Source: an uncultured Gammaproteobacteria bacterium
GTDB lineage: Bacteria; Pseudomonadota; Gammaproteobacteria; UBA9214
DNA length: 64,000 nucleotides
Assembly: GCA_963773065.1 (NCBI GenBank)
Contig: CAVYZN010000016.1
Span: 64,001 to 128,000 of the forward strand
Direction: 5' to 3'
The notes under the pieces were generated by a model. It saw only the letters and a program-made list of their open reading frames with translations. It made no database searches and was not told the DNA's origin. The position numbers and the translations under genes are program-made. The stretch's first letter is position 1; each line of letters starts with the position of its first letter. Of this stretch, positions 23,518-33,693 are shown one piece after another.

Positions 23518-24030
23518 TCAGACGTGCAAGGCATCGACGCTCCAGCCTACCCCACCTGCCATGGCTTCAGGATGGTTCCGATGGACCATTGCCTCCACTT
23601 TGGCTACCTGCCAGACGGGCACATCGATCATCAGCAGTATCTCCCGGTGTTTCATCGCACTCTGGAATTCGGCCAGATGGACGTTGGGGACGCGCATGAC
23701 AAATTCCAGCCCCAACAGAAAAGATGCCAGCATCACTCCCGCCGGTATCGCTAGCCAAAACCAGGGTGCCTGCAGCAGCGCAAGCACCACCAGCGCACTT
23801 AATGCCATGAAAAACAGGGTCAGATTGCCGCCCCACAGATAATTCTCGATGCGTGCCCCAAGATCATCACGCTGCGTCGGCGAAGCGACGGGTAATCCAC
23901 CCACTTCACCACCGCGTCCCGCGATGGCATGCATAGAATTACGCTCGAATCCCCGCAATTCCAAGTCACTTACCAACGCTCGGGCATGTTCGCTATCGGG
24001 CGACAGAAAATAGAGACGTCGCTTAATCAT
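23518..24030 (-). CDS. Conserved membrane protein (DUF1269-like)
   Basis: MIKRRLYFLSPD, two TM helices, ILLMIDVP..HPEA..GG. Confidence 0.7.
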   Translation of the reverse strand: MIKRRLYFLSPDSEHARALVSDLELRGFERNSMHAIAGRGGEVGGLPVASPTQRDDLGARIENYLWGGNLTLFFMALSALVVLALLQAPWFWLAIPAGVMLASFLLGLEFVMRVPNVHLAEFQSAMKHREILLMIDVPVWQVAKVEAMVHRNHPEAMAGGVGWSVDALHV

Positions 24031-24299
24031 AGGCTCCTCGCTAGAACGGTCTGATGCTGGATCCCTCCAGCTCGCCGGCCGTGGGATGTTTACCCAACAT
24101 GTTCATCACGCCACGGATCTAATTCTTGGTACTTAATAAACATAGTAAACCTGAGTGTTTTAGTCAAGTATTATGCGCCGCTGACCGATTGCGTATTTTT
24201 CTACCAATTCGCGCCATGGCTCTTACTCTGAAGCTGAGAGTGCGTCAGCAGCCGACGGCCATCTCTTTGACGGGACAATCGGCGGACGTCCTGTAATCG

Positions 24300-24761
24300 C
24301 TACGCGTCCACATTGATGGGCAGGGCGGTGGTGTACTTCATCTGTTCCATGGCGAAACTCGAGGTGACATTGGATAGTTCGATGCGGTCGATCAGCTTCT
24401 TGTAAAACCGGTCGTAGGCCTCGATGCTGTCGACCGCGACACGCAGCAGGTAATCAATTTCACCGCTCATGCGATAAACCTCCATAACCTCCGGCAGGTT
24501 ACTGACCGCCTTGTCGAAGCGCGCTATCCATTCCCTGGTGTGCTGGTCGGTCTTGATCGCCACGAAGACCGTGACATCGGCGTTGACTTTTTTGGGGTCC
24601 AACAGCGCGACCCTGGCTCGAATGTAGCCCTCCGTTTCCAGTTTTTGAATCCGCTTCCAGCATGGCGTAACCGACAGGGGGATTTGCCCGGCAATTTGTT
24701 TAACTGTCAGGCTGGCATCTGTTTGGAGGAGATTCAGTATTTTCCTGTCAGTCGCATCCAT
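24300..24761 (-). CDS. Lrp/AsnC-family regulator (DecR/YbaO-like)
   Basis: DRKILNLLQ..LSVTPCWKRIQKLE, YRMSGEIDYLL, SSFAMEQMKYTTALP; AT-rich divergent promoter at 24762-24925. Confidence 0.9.
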   Translation of the reverse strand: MDATDRKILNLLQTDASLTVKQIAGQIPLSVTPCWKRIQKLETEGYIRARVALLDPKKVNADVTVFVAIKTDQHTREWIARFDKAVSNLPEVMEVYRMSGEIDYLLRVAVDSIEAYDRFYKKLIDRIELSNVTSSFAMEQMKYTTALPINVDA

Positions 24762-24925
24762 AGATAAATATCCTATTTATACGGATTATACAAATAATAT
24801 ATTTTCACAATAGCAGATACCCTGCGTATTATAATAATTATTTTCTACAGATAATAGAATATGGATAAAAACAATATAGACTGATATCTACCGTCGGCAG
24901 TTGACATTACGCTAGGAGAGGAACG

Positions 24926-25345
24926 ATGGAATCCGTCATGAATCCGCTGGAAATCACAGGATTACCGTCCAATGTCGGCAGTTGGAGCGCGGTCAGCATC
25001 CCCGGGTTTCTCATCGCGGTTCTCAACCGCTGGCAGAGACACTTGGGGAGACTGCCGGCGCGATTTGTGTTGGTCGCCTGCCCACAGGTGGAAGTCAATG
25101 CCGTGGGGGGTCTTCCGTCCCGGGTCAGGGAACTGACGAATCCGCGTCAGCGGTTGCAGCATTTTACCGGTTGTCACAAGCCCTATCTGGTCATATTCCT
25201 GGTGGGCGAGGATACTGAAGCCCGCCGTGAAGAAATCCAGAAATGGCTCTCGTGGTCTGAAGGCTATCAGGTGGAATTCACGGACGGGACTCTACGACTG
25301 CGTTTCATCGAAGCAATCGAGGAGCGTGACGACGTCGCCGCATAA
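24926..25345 (+). CDS. Hypothetical protein divergent from the Lrp regulator
   Basis: 139-aa ORF with a GGAGAGG RBS. Confidence 0.55.
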   Translation: MESVMNPLEITGLPSNVGSWSAVSIPGFLIAVLNRWQRHLGRLPARFVLVACPQVEVNAVGGLPSRVRELTNPRQRLQHFTGCHKPYLVIFLVGEDTEARREEIQKWLSWSEGYQVEFTDGTLRLRFIEAIEERDDVAA

Positions 25346-25741
25346 GGGCATGAGGGAAATGCGCGGGGCCGGTGACCGCCACGCGGGTTCGAACGGGAAC
25401 GCGATACCACCTCATGGCATCGAAGGAAAGCCGGCTTCATTCGGCCCATGCCATACCCGCGCAAGCGGGACAACCCCTCAGTAGCTTTGAGCAGCCGCAG
25501 ATAGGCTCGCACCGCGAATACTCAGAGTAGTTCGCGCACATCCCGCGCAAGATCAGTATTGTTTCGTCGCACCGGCGGGTCATAGCTGGAAATTCCACGC
25601 CAATGGGCTAATCTGACAGTTGTCTCTCGTGCGGTGACCACGGCCATACCCATGGTGCGAACGGCAACCGTGAACAGGCTCGATTGGCGGGAGACAGTCC
25701 GGGAATTACCTGCTACTGACTAACGTTCATGGAGAAGACTT

Positions 25742-26011
25742 ATGATGATGACACGCAAGAAAATGACGGGCCTGCTGCTGGCTACAACCGCCGCCGCGCT
25801 GTTTAGCACCGCGAACATCACGGCAGCCGCAGAGGAAACCGCGAAAAGCGCGGAGGTGAAGTGCATGGGCATCAATTCCTGCAAGGGTACTTCCGAGTGC
25901 GCGAGCGCAACCAATTCCTGCAAGGGACATAATAGCTGCAAGGGCCAGGGTTGGGTGCACGCGAGCAAGGAGGACTGCACCGCCAAGGGCGGCAGCGTAA
26001 TCGAAAAGTAA
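25742..26011 (+). CDS. Bufferin-type (BufA2-like) RiPP precursor / metallophore
   Basis: Signal peptide plus a 6-Cys core [25 protein letters not shown]. Confidence 0.85.
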   Translation: MMMTRKKMTGLLLATTAAALFSTANITAAAEETAKSAEVKCMGINSCKGTSECASATNSCKGHNSCKGQGWVHASKEDCTAKGGSVIEK

Positions 26012-26020
26012 TACCGCTAC

Positions 26021-26055
26021 AAATGCCAGGGCGCCGTCCGGCTCCCTGGCGTTTT
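26021..26055 (+). terminator. Hairpin/terminator between precursor and maturase
   Basis: GCCAGGG..CCCTGGC followed by GTTTT. Confidence 0.55.
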
Positions 26056-26199
26056 CAACCAACGGTGTACCAACGACATAATCGGGCCGGTCGCACCGGA
26101 GCGCAGGCGCGGCGGAGCGGATCAGCGTTGCCGCTGCCTGCCGGCCGGCGCTACCATGTCCATCAGTACCCCGCACCCGCGCGGCGTACCATCAGGAAC

Positions 26200-27075
26200 A
26201 TGATGGCGAAGTCAGAGCAAGGCCAAACCCGATTCCCGGATCTCGGCTTCGGGCTGGGTTTGCGCACGCAGCACTATCAGGAAATCCTGGACAGCGCTCC
26301 GCCCGTGGACTGGTTCGAGGCGCTGACGGAGAACTATCTCGTCCCCGGCGGCAAACCGCTCCATTATCTGGAGCAGGTCCGCGCCCGTTATCCGCTCGTT
26401 CTGCACGGGGTATCCCTGTCCATCGGCAGTTCCGATCCCCTCAATTGGGACTATCTGCGGCAGCTCAAGGCGCTGGCGGCCCGCATCGAGCCGATCTGGA
26501 TCTCCGATCATTTGTGTTGGACGGGGCTTAACGGGCGCAACCTGCATGATCTCCTGCCCTTGCCCTACACGGAGGAGGCCGTGCTCCACGTGAGCGATCG
26601 CATCCGGGCGGTGCAGGATTTCCTCGGCCGCCGCCTGCTGATCGAGAACGTATCGAGTTACCTCACCTATACCGATTCCTGCATGAGCGAGTGGGAGTTC
26701 CTGAGCGCGGTCGCCGGGCGCGCCGACTGCCTGATACTGCTCGACATCAACAACATCTACGTCAGCAGTTTCAACCATGAATTCGATCCGCTGGAGTACC
26801 TGCGGGGAGTACCCGTGGAGCGGGTACAGCAGTTCCACATCGCCGGGCATCGCAATCACGGCGACTATATCGTCGATACGCACGACGAACCGGTGATCGA
26901 TCCGGTGTGGCGACTGTACGCCGACGCCTGCCGGCGCTTCGGACCGGTGTCCACCATGATCGAACGGGATGACAACATCCCCCCGCTCGCGCAATTGCTG
27001 GAGGAGCTCGATCGGGCGCGCCGCATCGCGGCCGGCATGGCCGTGCAGGCTCCGGAACGGGCAGGCGCCACATGA
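26200..27075 (+). CDS. DUF692 multinuclear non-heme iron oxidase (MNIO, BufB-like)
   Basis: [53 protein letters not shown]. Confidence 0.93.
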   Translation: MMAKSEQGQTRFPDLGFGLGLRTQHYQEILDSAPPVDWFEALTENYLVPGGKPLHYLEQVRARYPLVLHGVSLSIGSSDPLNWDYLRQLKALAARIEPIWISDHLCWTGLNGRNLHDLLPLPYTEEAVLHVSDRIRAVQDFLGRRLLIENVSSYLTYTDSCMSEWEFLSAVAGRADCLILLDINNIYVSSFNHEFDPLEYLRGVPVERVQQFHIAGHRNHGDYIVDTHDEPVIDPVWRLYADACRRFGPVSTMIERDDNIPPLAQLLEELDRARRIAAGMAVQAPERAGAT

Positions 27076-27860
27076 GCAGCGGCAGTCTGCGCGAGCTGCA
27101 GGAACAGTTCCAGTCCCATCTGCTGCATGGCGATCCCCGCGTGCAGGATCGCATCATCGGCACACCCCGGGTGGACGCGCACACGCGGCTCGCGATCTAT
27201 GGCGATGCCTATCGCCTGCGATTGCTGGAGGCATTGAGGACTGACTTTCCCGCGCTGCATACGCTCGCGGGTGACGCGGAATTCGAACGCATCGGGCGCG
27301 CGTACATCGACGCCCATCCCTCCGGGCACTTCTCGATCCGTTATTTCGGCCGCCGGCTCGGCGAGTTCTTGCGGCGGGACGAGCGCTGCCGGCGGATCCC
27401 GGTGTTTGCGGAGATGGCCGATTTCGAGTGGGCCTTGGGTTTGTCCTTCGATGCCCCCGACAGCGGGGTGATCGGCGTGGAGGACGTCGCCGCGATTCCA
27501 GCCGCGGCGTGGGCCGGGATGCGCATCGGCCTGCATCCCTCGCTGCAGCGGCTGGATCTGATCTGGAACGTGCCCGGACTCTGGAATGCGATTGATGAGG
27601 AGCAGCCGCCACAGGCGCCGGTCGCCGCCGACTGCCCGCTTGCCTGGATCATCTGGCGCCGGGAATTGCGCACGCTTTTCCGTTCCCTGCCGGTGGATGA
27701 AGCCTGGGCGATCGATTTCCTGGGGCAAGGACACGGCTTCGCGGAGATGTGCGAAGGGTTGTGCGAGTGGGTCGACGCGGCAGTGGCGGGAGCGCAGGCG
27801 GCGCTGTTCATGCGCCGCTGGGTGCAGGACGGACTCATCGCCCGCATCGATCTGGATTAA
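27072..27860 (+). CDS. DUF2063 MNIO partner (BufC-like)
   Basis: [38 protein letters not shown]; ATGA overlap. Confidence 0.88.
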   Translation: MSSGSLRELQEQFQSHLLHGDPRVQDRIIGTPRVDAHTRLAIYGDAYRLRLLEALRTDFPALHTLAGDAEFERIGRAYIDAHPSGHFSIRYFGRRLGEFLRRDERCRRIPVFAEMADFEWALGLSFDAPDSGVIGVEDVAAIPAAAWAGMRIGLHPSLQRLDLIWNVPGLWNAIDEEQPPQAPVAADCPLAWIIWRRELRTLFRSLPVDEAWAIDFLGQGHGFAEMCEGLCEWVDAAVAGAQAALFMRRWVQDGLIARIDLD

Positions 27861-27908
27861 CCCGGATTATTAACCGCCAAGCCAGGATAACAGGGTACCG
27901 CTGTTGCC

Positions 27909-28526
27909 ATGTGGACGTGGTCGCTCAACTGGGGAGAAGTCTCGCCGCACATCGTGGTGGGAACCTGTCCGATGGCGCCGGAGGATGTCGGGCGCATCCA
28001 GGCGGGGGCGGGGGTATCCGCCGTCCTGTCCCTGCAGCATGACGACTGTCTGGCGTACTGGGGCATCGACTATGACGCCATGCACAACCAGGGATCGCGG
28101 CTCGGTCTCACCATGAGACGGTGCCCGCTCCGTGATTTCGACATCCCGAACCAGCGTGAGCGGCTGCCGCATGCCGTTGCGGCGCTGACCCGCCTGCGCT
28201 CGGAGGGACACCGCATCTACGTGCATTGCACCGCGGGTTTGGGTCGGGCGCCACTGACGGTATTGGCTTACCTCACCTGGGTGGAGGGTCAGCCGCCCGA
28301 GTGCGCGATACGCACGATTCATAACGCGCGGCCAGGCGCGGTGCCCGCCTGGGAGGCTTATCATGGGTGCCGCGCAGACCTCGTCGCGAGATACCGTTCG
28401 ATGATCGAGCGGCGGGCCTATGAACTGCATGAAAAAGGCGGCCCAAGAACCGCGCTCGATAACTGGGTCGATGCCGAAACCGGGGTCATCCGATCCGCGC
28501 TCATGGAATTATCCCTGCTCGGATAA
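27909..28526 (+). CDS. Dual-specificity phosphatase, LSF2/SEX4 glucan-phosphatase-like, with a DUF2934-like tail
   Basis: VHCTAGLGRAP (CX5R), YWGID, RDFD, LPHAV; C-terminal IERRAYEL..DNWVDAE. Confidence 0.85.
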   Translation: MWTWSLNWGEVSPHIVVGTCPMAPEDVGRIQAGAGVSAVLSLQHDDCLAYWGIDYDAMHNQGSRLGLTMRRCPLRDFDIPNQRERLPHAVAALTRLRSEGHRIYVHCTAGLGRAPLTVLAYLTWVEGQPPECAIRTIHNARPGAVPAWEAYHGCRADLVARYRSMIERRAYELHEKGGPRTALDNWVDAETGVIRSALMELSLLG

Positions 28527-28537
28527 CAGGCTAAAGC

Positions 28538-30142
28538 TCATTGAAACAGGGATTTCAATTTGTCCAGGGTCCGCTTTGAGACATCTGAAACTGCGTTGGT
28601 GCTCTCGAGTTCCAACAGGCGTTTGTTGTCCGGATCAACCGCCAGTCCCCGATCTCGATAGACTTGCGCCTTGCCGTAATGGAACTGGTCGAGCTCCCGT
28701 TGCGCCAGGTCGGCGTAGCGATCGGCGATCTGCGCCACGCCCGTTAACGCCTCCTCGTTATCGGGATCCTCTGCCAGGATCCTCTGGTAATAGTAATACG
28801 CGTTGTTCATTTCCGGTGTGGTGAGACGGTAGTCATCCAGCGCCTGCCTGGCCAGCAACAAGTCATTCTCACGTTGCAGTGTCAGGTCATCGCTCAGGCG
28901 CAGCACAACCTTTTGTGTTGTTGCCTTACCAGCCGGCAAACTCACGGTTTGCTCTTCCTCCGTCATCATCAACGGTTCTGAGATGAACAATTTTAAGGTG
29001 ACAGTCAACAATAGCAACATCACCGCGCCGGTTAGCGCCCAGCGGATGCGGACGTGGTCAGCAAGGATTTCCTGCAACTTCCGGAATGCGACTCGCGACC
29101 GGTGACCGAGCTGGTAAACAGTATCCGCACCGGCTCTGTCGTGATCTATCGGCAATCGTTCCCTGCGTTGTCCTACTTCCACGGTAACTGCTCCCTGCGT
29201 TACCCTACCTCCTACATCCCTGTAGTCGTGCATTTTTGCAGTCATACGAGCGGCGATCCTGGCGGCGATGACTTTTATCCGCGCCCATGGCCTGGAATTG
29301 CGCAGGTCCCGGACAGCACCGGCTACTGCCGCTGCAGCGACGCCCCGCGGCCGGTGCTGCCGAAGCTCCCGGATGATCCCGACCATTTCCCCGGCGGTGG
29401 CGTAGCGGTCGTCAGGCGCTTTCGCGACCATCCGTTCGATCAACTCCTGATAACGGCTCAGCTCCGCCGGCAAAGCGGGACAAGGCCTGGTCAGGTGGGC
29501 CATGATGGTTTCGATCGGAGAGTCGCCCTGAAATGGCTTAACGCCCGTCAGCATCTCATAGAGAATGATGCCGAGCCCGTAGATGTCGGCGCGCCCGTCC
29601 AATGGTTTGCATTCGGCCTGTTCCGGGCTGAGGTAATACGGGCTGCCCAGCGCGGTGCTGTCCAGCGTCAGCCGGATGTCATTCTCCAGGTGCTTGGCGA
29701 TCCCGAAATCGGTGAGTACCGGGGTCCCGTCCTTGCGAAACAGGATGTTCGCCGGCTTGATGTCGCGGTGAATGATGTCTCTGCGGTGCAGGAAATCCAG
29801 GCAGCCGCCGATGATCTCCGCCAGCTCGAGCGCCGCCTCGATGTTCATGCCCTTGCTGATCCGCTTCTCCAGGTCGCCATCCTCGAGGTATTCCATGGAT
29901 ATGTAGTGCCGCTCGCCGACGACGCCGATATCGTGGATGGTGATGATGTTGCGGTGATTGAGCGAGGCGATGATCCGGCCCTCGTTGCGGAACCGGGTGG
30001 ACTGCAGGGGGTTATCGATATTCTTCAGCAGTTTGAGGGCGACCTGCCGCTCCAGGGATTCCTGTATGGCCAGGTGCACGGATGCCATGCCGCCATCGGC
30101 GATGGGTCGTATGATTTTGTAGCCGGGTATCTGCAGATCCAT
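28538..30142 (-). CDS. Hanks-type Ser/Thr protein kinase, membrane-anchored
   Basis: VALKLL, HRDIKPANIL, DFGIAK, SPEQ; TM helix and TPR-like periplasmic tail. Confidence 0.92.
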   Translation of the reverse strand: MDLQIPGYKIIRPIADGGMASVHLAIQESLERQVALKLLKNIDNPLQSTRFRNEGRIIASLNHRNIITIHDIGVVGERHYISMEYLEDGDLEKRISKGMNIEAALELAEIIGGCLDFLHRRDIIHRDIKPANILFRKDGTPVLTDFGIAKHLENDIRLTLDSTALGSPYYLSPEQAECKPLDGRADIYGLGIILYEMLTGVKPFQGDSPIETIMAHLTRPCPALPAELSRYQELIERMVAKAPDDRYATAGEMVGIIRELRQHRPRGVAAAAVAGAVRDLRNSRPWARIKVIAARIAARMTAKMHDYRDVGGRVTQGAVTVEVGQRRERLPIDHDRAGADTVYQLGHRSRVAFRKLQEILADHVRIRWALTGAVMLLLLTVTLKLFISEPLMMTEEEQTVSLPAGKATTQKVVLRLSDDLTLQRENDLLLARQALDDYRLTTPEMNNAYYYYQRILAEDPDNEEALTGVAQIADRYADLAQRELDQFHYGKAQVYRDRGLAVDPDNKRLLELESTNAVSDVSKRTLDKLKSLFQ

Positions 30143-30349
30143 GGTCTAGCGTTTAGTGAAGGCCGGTTAGAGAGCGGGCACTGCCCCGGGTATCACGTCC
30201 AAGGAGATTGGTCTACCACGGCGATGTTCATTGAACCCAGCCTGGAACAAGGCGTTAGTCACCGCTATCGACCGTACTATCGAATTCCTGAACGATCATG
30301 CCGTGGCCATGCTAAGGCCGTCGTTAGTGGATCCACTTTGCGAAGGTAC

Positions 30350-30450
30350 GGTCGGGGATGGGCTTGCCGGGACCGTGTGCCGCCAGGACGGCGGCACCCG
30401 AGCCTACAGGGACGTATTCACGGCGTGTCCCGGCAAGTCCATCCCGGACC
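30350..30450 (+). repeat. 101-bp hairpin repeat with GGA loops (copy 1)
   Basis: About 21-bp terminal IR arms; 94/101 identical to the reverse complement of 35031-35131. Confidence 0.85.
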
Positions 30451-30534
30451 AGGTGGCACTTCGTGGTCTTGAGCGTTGGCAGGCAGACTCAACCCTCAGC
30501 GACAGGGATCAAAGGGCATCACCATCGGGACAGT

Positions 30535-33500
30535 TTACCGCTCGTCACGTTCGGACCGGGTAGCGGAGGCGGATTCGGTACCGTCGGTCTTGTCGCCGAG
30601 CAGCCGGCGCATCACGACATAGAACACCGGCACGAACAGCACGCCGAGCAGCGTCGCGCCGACCATGCCGCCCATCACATCCGTGCCGATCGCATGCCGG
30701 CTGTTGGCGCCGGCGCCGGTGGAGATGGCCAGCGGCAGCACGCCGAGGATGAAGGCGATGGAGGTCATCAGGATCGGCCGGAAGCGCAGCCGGCAGGCCT
30801 CCAGCGTGGCCTCCAGCAGGCCGCGGCCCTGCGCTCGCATGGTGTTGGCGAACTCGATGATCAGAATCGCGTTCTTGGCGGACAGGCCGATCACCGCGAT
30901 CAGGCCGACCTTGAAATACACGTCGTCCTCGAGGCCCCGCAGCCAGGTGAAGGTGAGCGCGCCCAGCACGCCGAGCGGCACCACCAGCATCACCGCCACC
31001 GGGATGGACCAGCTCTCGTAGAGCGCGGCCAGCGCGAGGAACACCACCAGCAGCGACAGGGCGAAGAGGATGGGCGCCTGCTGGCCGGAGATGATCTCCT
31101 GCAGCGACTGGCCGGACCATTCATAGCCGATGCCCTGGGGCAGATACTTCTTTACGATCTCCTGCATGGTGTCCATGGCCTGTCCGGAGCTGTAGCCCGG
31201 GGAGGGGGAACCGTTGATCTGGATCGCGGGGTGGCCGTTGTAGTGATCGATTGCCGGTGGTCCGAGCGTCCAGCTCGATGAGACGACGCTGGTGAGCGGT
31301 ACCATGTTATCGATGCCGCCCCGGCTGGCGGGAATGTAGTAATGGCTCAGGTCCTCGATACGGCTGCGGTAGTCGGCATCCGCCTGCAACAGCACCTTGA
31401 GTACGCGGCCCTGGTAGTTGAAATCATTGGCGTAGACCGGCGCCATCATCAGGCGGATGGCGTCGTAGATATCCGTCAGTGACAGTCCCATGGACTGCGC
31501 CTGCACGCGGTCCACCTCGAGGTGCAGTTCGGGCGCGTCCTCCAACTGGTTGGGCCGCACCCCGGACAGCACCGGATTGCCCGTGGCCTTGCCGAGCAGG
31601 GTATTGCGGGCCTGCATCAGCGGGTCGTGTCCCAGTCCGGCCCGGTCCTCGAGGCGGAAGTCGAAGCCGCCGAAGCGGCCCAGGCCGCGAATGGTGGGCA
31701 GGTTGATGACGAACAGGCGCGCGCCCTTGATGGCCTGCAGCGCGCCGTTCGTCCACTGGATGAAGGCATTGATCTGTTCGTCCGCCTTGCGGCGATCGTC
31801 CCAGTGCTTGAGGCGGATGAAGCCGAGGCCGACGTTCTCGCCCTGGCCGATGAAGCTGAAGCCCGCCACGTCGAGCACCTGTTCCACCGCCGGGCTCCGC
31901 TGAATGATGGTCTCCATCTGTCGCAGGATATCACCGGTGCGTTCCATGCTGGCGCCGGGCGGCAGTTGCACGATCACCAGCGCGTAGCCCTGGTCCTCCT
32001 CGGGCAGGAAGCTGGTCGGCAGCCGGGCGAACAGCAGGATCGCCACGCCCACGAGCACGGCGAAGGCCGCCATCCAGCGCGGCGTGTGGCGGATCGACTT
32101 CCGTACCCGCGCCAGATAGCCGCGGGTCAGTCCGCCATAGAGGGTGTTGAACCCGCGCAGGAAGCGGTTCGGTTCCCCGTGCACCGGTTTGAGCAGGGTC
32201 GCGCACAGCGCCGGTGTGAAGCTGAGCGCCATCAGCGCCGAGATGGCCATGGAGATCGCGATGGTCAGGGAGAACTGGCGGTAGATCACGCCCACGCTGC
32301 CCCCGACCAGCGCCATCGGAATGAACACCGCCGCCAGCACCGTGGTCATGGCGATCACCGCGCCGGTGATCTGGTCCATGGCCTTGCGCGTCGCCTCCTT
32401 TGGCGGCAGGCCTTCCTCGGTCATGATGCGCTCCACGTTTTCCACCACGACGATGGCGTCGTCTACGACCAGGCCGATCGCCAGCACCAAGCCGAAGAGG
32501 GTGAGCACGTTGATGGAGAAGCCGGCGAGGTACATGCCGGCGAAGGCGCTGGTCAGCGCCACCGGGACCACGAGGGTGGGGATCAGCGTCGCGCGCAGGT
32601 TCTGCAGGAACAGCAGGATCACCAGGAATACCAGCACCACGGCCTCGACTAGGGTGAATAGCACCTCGTGGATGGAGATGCGGATGAACTGCGTGGTGTC
32701 ATAGGGCACCAGCCAGCTCACGCCGTGCGGAAAGTAGGCGTCCAGTTCGTCCATCTTGTCGCGCACCGCGGCGGCCACCTCCAGGGCATTGGCGTCCGGG
32801 GCGAGCAGGATGGCGAAGCCGGCGATGGGATCGCCGTCGAGGTGCACGTCATGGCCGTAGGACTCGGCCCCGAGATCGATGCGCGCGACATCCTTCAGGC
32901 GCACGCTGCTGCCGTCCGGGTTGGTGCGCAGGATGATGTCGCCGAACTGTTCCGTGGAGGTGAAGCGGCTCGCGGCGCTGACCGAGGCGCTGAAGCCCTG
33001 CCCCGGCGGGGCCGGCTCCGAACCGATATAGCCGGCGGCGATCTGCACGTTCTGGTTGCGCACCGCATCGAGCATTTGCGAGGCGCTCAGGCCGTAGCCG
33101 CGCAGCTTGTCCGGGTTGAGCCAGATGCGCATCGCATAGGCGGCGCCGAAGAGGTTCGCATCCCCTACACCGGGCAACCGCCGGATCGGATCGAGCACCT
33201 GGGAGGCGATCAGGTTATTGAGGGCGTAGGTATCGAGGCTGCGGTCTTCCGAATGCAGCGCCACCACCATGAGGAAATCGTTGTTGGCCTTGGAGACGGT
33301 GATGCCGTTCTGCACGACCTCCTGGGGCAGACGCGGCTGCGCGACGCTGAGCCGGTTCTGCACTTGCACCTGGGCGATATCGGGATCGGTGCCGCTGATG
33401 AACGTCAGCGTGATCTGCACCGTGCCGTTGGAGCGCGAGGTCGAATCGAAATAGAGGAGATTGTCGACACCGGTGAGCTGCTGCTCGATCACCGAGGTCA

Positions 33501-33681
33501 CGGTCTTCTCGATCACCTCCGCGCTCGCGCCGGGATAGACGGCGTTGATGCTGATCTGGGGCGGTGCGATCGGCGGATACGCCGACACCGGCAGCTTGAA
33601 GATGGCGGCGGCGCCGGCCAGGGTGATGAGAATGGCAATCACCCAGGCGAAGATCGGCCGGTCGATGAAAAAGCGTGGCAT
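30535..33681 (-). CDS. HAE1 RND efflux permease (AcrB/MexB-like)
   Basis: MPRFFIDRPIFAWV, GLVVDDAIVVVENVER, KNAILIIEFA, RFRPILMTS; 1048 aa. Confidence 0.96.
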   Translation of the reverse strand: MPRFFIDRPIFAWVIAILITLAGAAAIFKLPVSAYPPIAPPQISINAVYPGASAEVIEKTVTSVIEQQLTGVDNLLYFDSTSRSNGTVQITLTFISGTDPDIAQVQVQNRLSVAQPRLPQEVVQNGITVSKANNDFLMVVALHSEDRSLDTYALNNLIASQVLDPIRRLPGVGDANLFGAAYAMRIWLNPDKLRGYGLSASQMLDAVRNQNVQIAAGYIGSEPAPPGQGFSASVSAASRFTSTEQFGDIILRTNPDGSSVRLKDVARIDLGAESYGHDVHLDGDPIAGFAILLAPDANALEVAAAVRDKMDELDAYFPHGVSWLVPYDTTQFIRISIHEVLFTLVEAVVLVFLVILLFLQNLRATLIPTLVVPVALTSAFAGMYLAGFSINVLTLFGLVLAIGLVVDDAIVVVENVERIMTEEGLPPKEATRKAMDQITGAVIAMTTVLAAVFIPMALVGGSVGVIYRQFSLTIAISMAISALMALSFTPALCATLLKPVHGEPNRFLRGFNTLYGGLTRGYLARVRKSIRHTPRWMAAFAVLVGVAILLFARLPTSFLPEEDQGYALVIVQLPPGASMERTGDILRQMETIIQRSPAVEQVLDVAGFSFIGQGENVGLGFIRLKHWDDRRKADEQINAFIQWTNGALQAIKGARLFVINLPTIRGLGRFGGFDFRLEDRAGLGHDPLMQARNTLLGKATGNPVLSGVRPNQLEDAPELHLEVDRVQAQSMGLSLTDIYDAIRLMMAPVYANDFNYQGRVLKVLLQADADYRSRIEDLSHYYIPASRGGIDNMVPLTSVVSSSWTLGPPAIDHYNGHPAIQINGSPSPGYSSGQAMDTMQEIVKKYLPQGIGYEWSGQSLQEIISGQQAPILFALSLLVVFLALAALYESWSIPVAVMLVVPLGVLGALTFTWLRGLEDDVYFKVGLIAVIGLSAKNAILIIEFANTMRAQGRGLLEATLEACRLRFRPILMTSIAFILGVLPLAISTGAGANSRHAIGTDVMGGMVGATLLGVLFVPVFYVVMRRLLGDKTDGTESASATRSERDER

Positions 33682-33693
33682 CGGAGCTGCGCC

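Noticed and set aside
25634-25661. ECF (sigma-F-like) promoter GTGACC..CGAA before the bufferin precursor
   Set aside because: 18-nt spacing and a mismatch against the recalled GTAACC-N16-CGAA; too weak
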